A stretch of 64,000 nt of DNA from NCBI GenBank assembly GCA_012295275.1, contig CM022679.1, forward strand, positions 21,328,001 to 21,392,000, read 5' to 3'. The notes under the pieces were generated by a model, which saw only the letters and a program-made list of their open reading frames with translations, had not been told where the DNA came from and did not search any database. Each line of letters opens with the position of its first letter. The first letter of the stretch is position 1. Source of the stretch: Chrysomallon squamiferum. Taxonomy: Eukaryota; Animalia; Mollusca. This document shows, one piece after another, positions 24,623 through 46,164 of the stretch. A program made the position numbers and the translations under genes.

Positions 24623-25366
24623 TATAAAAAATAATAATTAAATTAAAAAATAAAATTATGGGAAAATAAGGATAACCATGGTTACCTTTTCTTAATTTTA
24701 TTTATTTATTTATTTTATTTTATTTTATTTTATTTTATTTTATTTTATTTTTGTTAATTTGTAATTGTTTAATGATAAATAATAATAAATAAAACACTTA
24801 AACATAAGTAACCAATAGATAGAAAATATGATATTTTTGTTATTATAACCCTTGAAAATAGTATTCCATATGTACTATGTCCATAGCAGAATATTAAATT
24901 TTTATTATAAAAAAAAAAAAAAAAAATCTGGAGAAACAAAAAGTGTTTGATTTCATGTTTAAACTAATAGTAATTAAAAAAACAAAAAAACCCAACTGCA
25001 TATTTAAGTAAAAAAAAAAAAATTGTGTTTGCTCATAAAAATTTATTAAAACTACAGGTACCAGACAATTTATCAACTTCCAGAAAACCAGCTTCAGAAA
25101 TTTATTAATTTTAGGCCTGTCTCTTAAATACAGTATTATTCATTACTCTTCACTGTTTATTTTATATTTTAAAAATACATTATGCTTTAGTCCTGTAAAC
25201 TGAAAACAATTCAGAAATCAGTTAATCTCTGGTTCTGGGCTTACATGTAGTAAGTAATCTTTACTATATTAGTGTTCATTTTCAGGAGGACTGCCATTTT
25301 TTTTCTTTCTAAATTACTCAGCATTATTTTAACATAAAGTGTTTTAATTAAAACTTACAGATCTTG

Positions 25367-28300
25367 ATGGAATCTCGTGAAGAAAGATATGTAAAGAGGG
25401 AAGAGAGGAAAAGTGGTTTCGTGTACAGGCCTCATGATAAAGAGAAAAAGAAGAAACGGGGAAAGAACTTCACAGAAGAATATAATAATGAAGTTAAAAG
25501 TCAGGCACCTCTGCCATTAGATAAAAGAACATCTTTTGAAAGCCAGGCACCTTTATCATCAGATAAAACTAAAACTTTAGAAAACAAGGCATTGTTATCA
25601 TCTGAAGAAGATACATCTTTAGAAAGCAAGGCATCTTTATCTGAAGAAGGTAATACTGCTTTAGATAACAAAGCACCATTACAGTCGGATAAAAATACAG
25701 CTTTATTTAAGAGAAGACTGAAAAGGAAAAAAGAGGACAAAAATGTGGGTATAGAGGTGAAAAAAGCCAGAAAAACAAAAACCGTTGATAAAGACAATGG
25801 TTCCGACGAAAAGAAAAAAATCAATGTCAAGAAGGAAGAAACTAAAAACGGAATGGCAGTGTACAAAATATCAAAGTCTGAAGCGCAAATAAACAAAGAC
25901 ATAAAATCAGAAAATGTAAAAGATAATAAAAAGAAAACAGCAGCTAAGAAGAGCAGATCTAACGTAAAGAAGAAGAAAGAAGATAAGATGAAGACAGAGA
26001 GTGATGAAGATATTAAGAACGTTGAGAAGATGAAGAGAAATGTATCACATGACTGTGCCATGTTTGTGGGAGCTCATGTTTCAGCTCAAGGTGAGGTCTG
26101 GTTTGACTGGGAAATTTTCTTATTTATTATTTTTTGTTCTTCTTATTGATTTATTCATTATTATTATATTGTTTTTTCTGATTTATTAGTTTATATATTT
26201 ATTTTATTTTATTTTATATATTTTATGTTACTTTACTTTACTTTACTTTACTTTATTTTATTTATATTTTTACATTAGTGTCAACACATAGGGAACACAT
26301 GTTGTTATGAATCATTTATTATCAGAGCAAGTAAGCCACCTGAATAGAATACAGGGAAAGGGTTCAAATGCTTGGATTGTGTTTTTAAACAGAAATGTTG
26401 TTTTGCTGTTAGAAATGGTTAGTGGAGATTCTCTTTGACCGCTAGAGCATGCTATCTCAGTTTTAGATTTATGGTTCACAAATTATCAAGGTTGAATGAA
26501 CTTTAACAAAATCACTGGGTTGTTGTGATTGATTATTGTTATTATTTTTATAGTTGCATTAAATAAATTTTTATCATTTGAAAACCAAGAAAAGAAAAGA
26601 AAAGAAAGAAAAAAAGCAGTATTTTTAAATCCAAAAATGTAAATTATGCTTTTAATCTTTTTTTTTTTTTGAAAAAACTTTATCATCATCATCACTGTTA
26701 TAATAATTAGTATTAATAATATTATTATTTACATAAACAGGATTGAGAATACTATATAAATAAATGATTACTATTTTTGACAACAGGTGGGGTGCACAAT
26801 GCTGTCACAGAAGCTGTCGAGATGGGTGCAGCGTCATTTGCTCTGTTTCTGAGAAATCAGCGGCAGTGGAACTCAAAACCACTTGAAGAAGATGCAATTG
26901 TCAAATTCCGTACAGCCTGTACAGTGTGTATTTAGAATAATAAAGTTCAAAATTGACTTTTTTAACCGAAGCTGTCAGAATTTCTTCTACCTTTTAGTAC
27001 ATATTTCTGCTCTAATGTTAAAAATATTACTTCACTCCATATCGGTTTAGGAAAAATCATTGCAGATTAAGCATAATTTTCTTAAATTCATTTTAAATTA
27101 TAGTTGATAAATTTTTAATGTATGAAAAAAAAATTGGATTATAAGAATTTTAAGAATTTTTAATACAAATTAAATTCATGATGAATTTTTCATTTTTAAA
27201 ATATTAAAATTTAATTAAATTATGTTTACATTATATTAAATTTTTTGAAAATGCTTTATAATCAGTGTGACTATTATTTAAGAAAAACAAAAACAACTTC
27301 ATATATATCATATTATACTAGAAACATTCTCAATATATAAAAAGTATTCAAAGATCAACAATCAAAGCATATTTTATTCTGTTTGAAAGAAAACAGTATT
27401 GCTATTGTATATTCAATAGTCATTTTAAAAATATATCAGCCTGTTAATTAATAACCAAAAGGATGTTGGTGCACCCATGTACAGTGTATAGGTGTTCACT
27501 ATTATTGCCCATTTAAAACAAAAACTGGTTAAGAAAAGATTGATTACATTTTGGGTACCATGTTTGTTTGCTTGATGATGATTTTTCAAAACAGGGCAAA
27601 AAGTGTGACTGATTATTATAAATTTTAATTTTTTTTTTAAAGTTCATTGGAACAACTTAAGTGTTAGCGTACATTATAAATGCAACAGTCGATGTATTTT
27701 TCATGACCTTTGTTCTTTAATAATCTTAACTCCTTGTGTTTCTTCAGATACATTAGAAACTAAGTGTTTGAAATTGTGTGATGTTTTCTGAAGATAACTC
27801 TGTTTCAGGAACACGGCTTTCCTCCAAACATGATTCTGCCCCATGCGTCGTATTTGATGAATCTCGGATCTGCAGACTCTGAGAAGTTACAGAAGAGTAG
27901 AGACCTTCTGGTGGATGAGCTTCATCGTTGTGAAAAACTTGGACTTACCCTCTACAACTTCCATCCAGGTTTCTCTACTATTCTGATTACCCTTGGAGTG
28001 TCTGTGTGTGTGTGTATGGTATGTGTGCATAAATGTATGTAAGAATGTATCACATTCATAGAAAACATGATTTCATTAAATTATCATAAAGATGACACAA
28101 AAATCCTGAAAATATATGTTGTAATGTTAAATTATATATAAAACAAAATGTTATATGATTTTGATATGGGTGTGTAAATAGTTTAGACATAATACTGATA
28201 CTTCTGTTGTTCTAATTCACAACAATTACAAGTCATCCTATTATGCACTGTTTCTATCCTCATTCTCTTCATTTATACAGATTCAGATGAAACTGATGCA

Positions 28301-29555
28301 ATTTTATTTAATCTTTTTTAAATGCCCTCCATTTTCAGGTTCCACATGTGGTGAAACAAGTATTGAAAACTGTTTGAACACGATAGCTGAAAGTATTAAT
28401 ATTGGTCACTCAAAAAGCAAATATGTCATCACCGGTAAGCAGTGTTCTAAAAATTTATAAAATAGAATAAATGTAGTTTGTTAAAAGTTTTGAATGTTCT
28501 ATTTTTTAATTGGAATTTCCTGGATATACTTTGGACAGGAAATTTATATATTTTTTGTTTAATACATCTTTTATTTTTTCATTCAGTTTTGGAAAACATG
28601 AGTTGTCAAGGAAACACAATAGGAGGGAGGTTTGAGGAACTGAGAGGAATCATTGATAAAGTGAAGGATAAATCCAGAGTTGGCGTCTGTCTCGATACTT
28701 GTCATGCTTTTGCTGCAGGTTTTTATTTCTTCATCTTAACCACAACTATCTAAATCAAATTCCTAATGGGATGACTCAAATAAATAAACTGAAGTTTCTC
28801 CTGTATTTCACTCACTGTGCAGTATAAGCAGATTTCTTTAAGGCCTTTCTGGATTGTAGGAATTGGATACAGGGTAGTAGAGATGAAGATGAAAACAGGG
28901 AATCACTGGTCTAAATAAAATATTTTTTCATTTATTTAGCAGAAAATTAGATATTTATATATTGGCTGGTATTTGAATGACCAGAGATGAACTTTACAGT
29001 TTCTGCACTTGTTTGTTTAATTACAATTTCAGGTTTTGATCTGGCATCAGAAGAAGGTTTTAAACAGTTTGTTCAAAGTTTTGAGGAGATAGTTGGTTTT
29101 CAGTACTTGAAGGCCCTTCATATGAATGATTCTTTAGGTGAGTAAGTAATAACACAAAAAGCTGTTTGTGGTTATCAAATATCAATTTATAAATTATATG
29201 TTGCAGGCAGCAATTTTACAAACACAAGAATTAAAATTTATGTTTAAATAAGACTGTATTTGGTTGTTATCAAAGATCAAGATAAAAACATTTTTAAATT
29301 TTTATTTATATTTTTTTTAAATTAGATGGCAGCATTATGTTAGTATTTTAAATTTCAGACATCAGAGGCAGCCACAGAGATCGACATGAGAATATTGGAA
29401 AGGGGAAGATTGGTCTGAAAGGTTTCAATTTTGTTATGAATGAACCAAGATTTAAAAACATTCCACTGATTCTAGAGACTCCAGGGGGTGTCGGCTATGA
29501 CAGAGAAATCAGACTACTTCATTCTTTATGTAAAAATCATGTTAAAAAGGAGTGA
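25367..29555 (+). CDS. Endonuclease IV (AP endonuclease family 2, Apn1/Nfo-like) with a long Lys-rich N-terminal extension (~516 aa)
   Basis: Exons 25367-26090, 26787-26923, 27809-27968, 28339-28434, 28587-28718, 29033-29137 and 29359-29555 total 1551 nt in frame. Family motifs [44 protein letters not shown] and ILETP are all present. Confidence 0.95.
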
Positions 29556-30794
29556 ACCTACAAAAAGATGAGTTGTGAAGATATTCAAACAATTTAGAAT
29601 CATTATTATGGTTCTTGAGATTTTGGAAACACCAAATATATAACAATGAGTACGAATTTTGAAAAAAAAAACCCCCAGAAAGTTACATTTTTCTTTATTT
29701 TTAATAAAGTCGAGGATTAATTCATAAAGGCTAAAAGTGTTCTCACTGGACTGGAATTGTTATGATTCTGGAAGTGTTTTAAATTTCAGCATGAACTGAC
29801 AATGACTTTATTTTAAAAGAAAAATGTTACTTAATTCTTTATCAGTATGGTTTATTTCTATGATTATTAATCATAAGCTAATTCAGAAGGGCTGGATGCT
29901 GAACAGTTTAGAAATAATGTCTAATTATATATAATTTAAATAATAATCTAAATTCTGAAATTACTTATGCACACAAGTAATATTTCAGAAGGAAATAAAC
30001 TCATTTGTTGGTTCAAATTCAAAAGGGGTGAAACTGTTTCAACAGTTTTAAATTGCTAACTTTGGTTTGTATTGAAATATAAAATCATTGACCAATTCAG
30101 AAATAATGATGGGAAAAAAAAAACATCCTAATTATTTTCTAATGCTGAGAAGAAAGATATTTTTCTGTGAGAAAATTATGTTTTTTAATGTAAAAATGAG
30201 TAAAATGTTGAACAGCTAAAAATACTCCAGAGTCAAAATGGTGCTAGTTTCCACTTTCAGAAAGAAATCTGAATAACAGTTTCCAAGTGATGATATCAGC
30301 AAGTAACAAATTCTACAAAAATCTAATAAAATTTTCAATTAGATTATATGTAAAAATTTTGTAAATAAAATGTGTTTTAATATACATTTTAGTGCATTAT
30401 TAACACAAGACTATAAAGGACTTGACCTCACAAAAAAAATAAACAGATAATAGATCAGTAATATCTAGAGTCATTAAAATAGAAGACATCTTAATCACCA
30501 TGTAAGTAAGACAAAGTGTAAAAGAAAAGAGGTAAAATAAAATAATTTTTACACTGAATATTCTTGAGTTCTCTTGTGCCAAAGAACCACTGCATGCTGG
30601 GTGAAACTAATCATTTTATGCCTTAAGAAAGCCCAATTAATAAAGATGTTTTACCTGGTCAAAATAATACTTGAACATTTTGTTCTCAGTTTGTAAACAA
30701 TGTTGTTTGAAACAACTTTAAAAATGATCTTTTGTATGAATTCTTACATGTTTTCATTATTAATCAATAAATAAAACTCTTCAAATTTCATTGT

Positions 30795-30831
<37 letters not shown>

Positions 30832-31061
30832 AGTTAAATAAAAAATAAATAAGTTAAAATACATAATGGACTGATTAATTTATTATCAGATGAAAAATAC
30901 AACAATCGTGTTATCAACAATTAACAAATATATAAAAAGATTTTATCATCTGTCCTGTAAAGAGCTGTTGCCTGTCTGTTTTCTCTCCATAAAACTTTTC
31001 TCAGTGTCCATTCACTGTGATGTAATGCCTGCCTCTGACCAGGTCGGTTTCACAGGTTTCG

Positions 31062-32296
31062 TCAAGACGCAGCAACTTGAGACAAAGGTTCCTCCAGGTA
31101 TTCAGCCAATGCCTGCAGCTAAAATAAATGTTTTAAAACTTCTGTATTTAAATCCTAACAAATATGGGGGTTTGTTTATTGCATATACAGTGGGATTTGT
31201 AAATTAACAAAATGGGGAAAAATAAAGTCTGAATTCTTAAGATGATACAGTTTAAAAGATTACAACTATAAAAAAATTCAAAATAGAAAAATAAGTGAGA
31301 AATATATGTTTAGTTTTTATTAATCAGTATTTATTATTATTTTCTTTCTGAATTGAAAATATATCCTTTGAATTATTAAAATAACTGGAAATAAAACAAA
31401 CAAACCTTGGCTTTTAGCATTCCAAATCCAACCACATCTTTGCAGGACATACAGAGAAGTAGATTAGCAACTTTTGTCAAACCAACTTTGCCTTCCTACA
31501 ATCAAAATTAACATTTGAAATTTTTTATTTAAAATGCTGTGTCATCTACTGGATTATATTACTTTCAAAAATTAAATTATTTACTTGAATATATTCATTT
31601 CTTAAAATAAAGTTTACTAGTGTTTAATAGTTCAGACTTATTAACTACTTATTATTCAGCATGAAGATTTTAAACTGGTAATAATGACAAAATGTGCATG
31701 TGAGAGAGAGACACAAACATATAATTAAATGATAATTAAAAATATATATATATATCCAATACACTTCACCTTGCACTCAATTAATACACAGTCAAGGTTA
31801 TCACCATTGAAAGCAAACATTCCATTTTTGACATACGAAGTCCAGATATTGCTTGCTATAGCTGCTATCATAGCTGCATCTTTGTCACCGTAACCAGAGT
31901 ATGCAAGGAGAGAGCCTTCATTATTTAGCAACCTACAATGCAGAAATATTACGTACAATATTACAACGAACGAGAATACTGAAACAGCTTGTAAAATATA
32001 ATATCATGAACTGTTTGTCCAGAAAACCTTAATCATGTTTCGGACGTGGGTGGATCCAGATTAACTGTAAGAACTGAGTCTCATGACCAATGAACAAGGA
32101 AACGACAGTTCCTACTGTTCTGTTAGATATATATATCTTTTTTTTAAAAATTATTATTGACCAATTTTCTTATGATTTAAATTGATAAGATTATCAGAAT
32201 AATGTGAAATTTTAATGAAACATCTTACAAGGTGCTTCCTACTCCTCCTGTGTTGGCCTGACTTAATACTTGAGTAAGAGTTTTAGGTCGCAGCAT
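31062..32296 (-). CDS. LAMTOR2: Ragulator complex protein LAMTOR2 (p14/ROBLD3), 125 aa
   Basis: Exons 32296-32229, 31932-31770, 31495-31406 and 31118-31062 encode [38 protein letters not shown]...VANLLLCM...[25 protein letters not shown]. Confidence 0.97.
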
Positions 32297-33247
32297 TTCA
32301 ATGTTTAAGATTATTGGTTCATAAATTATTAGAGTTATCTCCACTTTACACTTCCGAATTTGTTCTAACAATAAACTAACCCGTGACGTAAAACATTAAA
32401 TAAATTGTACAACACAAGTGTGTGGAAAGATTTATATTGGTATGTTCGATAGTCATTTAACAATAAATAAATAAATCCAAAACTGTCACCCTCTTAATTT
32501 CTAACAGTTACTGGTTTTCTGAACAGCCCCTGAAAAAGTCTGGCTCGATTCTGTTCAACTTTTCCCGTGACGAGAGAAAATGTTTAATGTGATAGCTGCA
32601 TGAAAATAACTCCTTCCAACGGACTTCCAGTTTCTGTGTAAGATATAAAGAAGGGGAGGAAATGTATTATCAGTTTGAAAAAAACGGACGATGCAAAAAA
32701 AACCTTTTTGGCAACAGTACTGAAAAATAAAACGAAAATGATCAAGCTGACGTCAGATGCACGTAAATTAATAATTATAGAAAAACAAATATAAATAAAT
32801 AAATAACACGAAAAAATCTGCGAGCTTCATATAACGATATACATTATAACTACGATGCATTGGTACGAAGTAATAAATATTGTTTCATGATTGTTAGTAT
32901 GTTACTCAAAAAAATAGTGCAGTTTAAGTTTTGTGCATTCAGAAATTTTAATTAGGGTTTATTTTAATGGAATTTTTGAAGTATTAACAATTAACAAATA
33001 ATAATAAAAAAAATATATATATATATGTATATGTATGTATGTATGTATGTATGAATATATACATATATACACCAGAAATACATGAAGATTTTTCGCGGGG
33101 AATTGCCAACACTGGTTCTATCACATACGTTACGTATTATTTGTTGGTTTTTATTGTAATGGTTACGACAACGTGCCTGTCTATTAGCCAAAACCCGGAA
33201 ATACAGGAAGAAGGGGAAAAAAAAAAAAAAAAAACGTCGGAGAAACT
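32297..33247. promoter_or_regulatory. Probable bidirectional promoter between LAMTOR2 and ECD
   Basis: Divergent start codons are ~950 bp apart. The interval is locally CpG-richer and contains a CRE palindrome TGACGTCA at 32748-32755 and ETS-like cores (cttccg ~32351, ccggaa ~33195). Confidence 0.65.
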
Positions 33248-42305
<9,058 letters not shown>

Positions 42306-45300
42306 CTGCTTGATCATCTTAAATTAGCAGCTCAAATACCAAAGGTTTTGTATGAAAGGTGAAAACACAGGATTTGAGTGGGCTGTAAAATCAAAACTGA
42401 AGGATTAAATGAGTTCTGATGATGGGGGGGTTGATTAAGGATTTGAATTATCTGCTAAAATAAACAATTTGAATGAATGATGTGAGTAAATTTGAATCAG
42501 TGATAGAAGTGAACGCTTTGAATGAATATTGAGAGTAAATGAAGTGGTTTGAATTGATGATGAAACTAAAGATTTGGAATTATCTGCGAAAGTAAAAAAA
42601 ATTGAATGATTGGTTAGAATAAATGAAATGATTTGAATTGATGATGTTAAGGATTTTGAATGATCTATGAAACTAAACAGTTTGAATGATTGGTAAATGT
42701 AAGTGATTTCAATCAGTGATGAAACTAAAGGATTTGCTTTGTCTGTGAAAATAAACTGAATGAATGAGAGTAGGCCATTTGAATGAGTAGTGAAAGATAA
42801 AACGTTTTGAATTCTATGACTACATTTTTTAGTGAATAAATAAAAGAAACTGGAGGATTTAAACGATTGGTGAAAGTGAAGGATTAGAAGGGTGATTAAA
42901 GCACATTTTTTTATTTTTTTTTTTTTTAATTATTTTTTGTTTTATTTTGTTAAAGTATTTGAATTAGCAAAGAGGCTAAACTGTTTTAATGAACAGAGAG
43001 TTCTAATACAGCCTGTTCTTTATTATATTGTACATTTTATAACATTCAGTTATGTATTACAGCTAAATAAATTTTATAGTATTTTACTTGCAGCTACTTA
43101 CTATAATATATATTACAGCTTGAGTGCTTATAAAATGGTTGTGTAAAAGCCACACACAAATAAAATTATTATCTGGATTATAAACATATACATTATATAT
43201 GACAGTGTATGTATGTGTGTGTGTTTGTGCAAATTGAATGTTATTTTTGTTTGACTATAAAGAGGCTTGTATTTGGTATAAAAATTGACAGAATTGAAAA
43301 TTATTTTTATGTACTATGATAAACCACCTAAAGTTCTTCTTGTAAGTTCTTACGAAAAGTAATCTGATATTATCTGTAACATTTTTTAAATCAGACGTAA
43401 TTGGACATCATTATTCATCTTGCATATTCAGTTTTCTCTTTTGAGAATGTTGACACCTCTTTTTATAAAAGTTTTTAAAATAATATTGATGGTAGATATA
43501 TCATGTTCAGTTTTAAATAATAATACGAACAGCATAATTAATTCATACCCATAAATTTAAATCTAAATACACATCTCATAATTTCATTAATGCTGGTGAA
43601 TGATCAAATATGTTGGGTTTTATTTTTTTTTTAAACATAGACTTTCATGACTATCCACTTGTGTAAACTAAATAATACATCACGCATATTAAATGTTTAG
43701 AAAATTTACATTTGGTGTCAGTCACAGTTTTAAAATAATATTTTAGTATTGTAGTCTCATCAAAACATCACCTGTTTGATACAAACCACAGCCATTTGAA
43801 AAACTCAGGTAAACCCCTCTCAACATCAGAAACAATTCTTAAACTGTGTGGACTGGCATTTTGTAAATGTTAACAGATAGTTTTAGGTTTCTTAATGACT
43901 AATACGAAGAGATGGTCACCATCTTTATCTGTGAGTGAACTGACAAAAATAATAGGAGCTTCATTTCATATTAAAATTATTGAAAATTTATTAACTTTAA
44001 AATCCCACTTTGTAATTTACTTTATTATTATTATTATTATTTTTTTTTTTAATCAATTTATTTACTTCTTTTTTTTTTTTTTTTGGTATTTATAGATTGA
44101 TGAGTTATTTCATTCAGTTTACCAATATTGTTTTGTTTTGTTTTAAGTTTGCTTCGAATTTTAAATAGTTTTGAATTTATTTTAATGAAATTGTTAATAA
44201 GAAAATCTTTTATGAAAATAAAATAACTAACTTGGACAAAATGACAGTATTCTTAACTTAAAATTGTGATGTAAATATTTAATAATGTGATGAAAAAAAA
44301 CAGAGTGTCTGCTAGTGGTTTTTTTTTTCTATTTAAGAATTCATTATTTTTGTATAATGTTTGCTTAGAGCTGTGCATAGCTATTTTATTTTAAAGGTTG
44401 TTTGTTGCTTTAAAATGTACATATGATTATTCTCAATCAAATTTCTTTATCAGGGAAAAATGATAGTTGCCCATAATTCCAAGATCATTGTAGAAATCTT
44501 TACCACTGGCTAATCAAAATTTATTAGTGGAATATTGGTTGCACTTCTCTAGGATTTTAAAATAACACTGCTTTGGCCAAAGTCTTTTAGTTACTTTTAT
44601 TTCTCTTTGGAATGTTTTATTTCACAGTGTTAAAACCATTACAGTGTCTTGTGAGTGAAGGTTTCAAGTTTATTATTTGTGTTTGTTTTTGTTTTGGGTT
44701 TTTTGTCTTGTTTGCATTCATAGTCAACCATCATAATGAATATATAAATACACCTCACATTTCGTATTAAAAAAAAAAAAAACTGAAAACCTGGTGATAC
44801 ATAATTTTGTATTTTTATTTAATTGTTGTTAAAACCTACACAATGAAATTTATTTATATTCTGTATCTTTAGAGCAAGTTCCATATTTTTGTTTTATATT
44901 ACAACAAATTGAAACTATCTGATGCATAATCAGAGTGGTTCATCATAGAGCACATTGTTTTTAAAATCATCATTTACATAAATACTGTTTCACCAAATAT
45001 TTGAATTTGAAATTGTTACACATTTTCATCTGGGGTTTTTTTTTTTTTTTGTGTTTTTTAGTTTCAGTTGTTTCTCATGGATAACATCAAAAATTATGAA
45101 AATATATTCATATGAAAAAATCACGAAAAATATATTATCAAGCTTATAAAAAATGTCAGTCTGTTTCCCTTGTACATAATGACATAACCAAGATTAAGTA
45201 AATTTTATTTGTAAGAAATCTGTTAATAATGCCATAATTCAGTCAGGATTTTAAAAATTCACTTATTGTTTGTTTTCATCGGGGTTTTTTTGTTTGTTTT

Positions 45301-46131
45301 TTTTTCTTCTTGTGGTCCTGAAGGTCATTATAGTTAGGCCTCTTATCAACTGAGAAAAGTTTGCTATTGCAAATCACTGAATGTCAATGTAAGTTTATTT
45401 TTTAGAGGATATTTAACTTTTTAATTTTTAAATATTTATTTACATACTTATTTTGTTATATTTTTTGTTAATTATCTTTATTCAGTAGTTGTAAAATGGC
45501 TGACATCGGCCAAAAAGGTATTCTTTGAATGATCTCTTTGTAGCAAATATTTCACTCTACTTGGCAACCTGTTTTACTAATTGTTTTACTAAGAGGTTAT
45601 ACTTTTGATTTGAATAGTTTCATTAAATAATTTCATGAAGTTGAAATTTCCTTGAGAAATTAAATTTGTTAGAAGGAAAATGTAAGTTAATGTTCTTATT
45701 TGTTTTGTTTTTCTTTTGTTGATGTTTTAAATGTCAAAAGTTATTTCTGAATGATTATCAGCAATGAAAAAAAAAAAGATATAATAATAAAAAATAAAGT
45801 AATAAATAAATAAAAATAAAAATGGAAGTGAACAGAATAGTATCCTTTGTAATATAATTAGTTTTAAGTTATTATTTTCTGTTATTGGACAATAGTTAGG
45901 ATTATTTTAAAAAAAATTCATTAACATGGTTCTCTGCTAAGAGCCACTCTTGTGGTTTTCATCAGTGAACCAGATAAAATAGTACAGACAGGAAACAAAA
46001 CCAAGCTAAAACAGGTTGCCAAGGGTTACGGTTGTGATGCCAACAGGCAGCTCAAGGTAGAAACTTCCATGATGTAGTTGAATCTTTTGTACGGCTCACT
46101 TGAAATGCTTTGCCTTCATATATGCTAAAAA

Positions 46132-46164
<33 letters not shown>

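Noticed and set aside
25501-26061. 186-aa antisense ORF
   Set aside because: Shadow of the A-rich endonuclease IV exon.
25367-29555. Endonuclease IV as a horizontally acquired bacterial nfo
   Set aside because: It has six spliceosomal introns, and the family is known in fungi, nematodes and other animals.
30801-30829. Poly(A) tract as a retrocopy tail
   Set aside because: No processed sequence or target-site duplication next to it; such tracts are common in this window.
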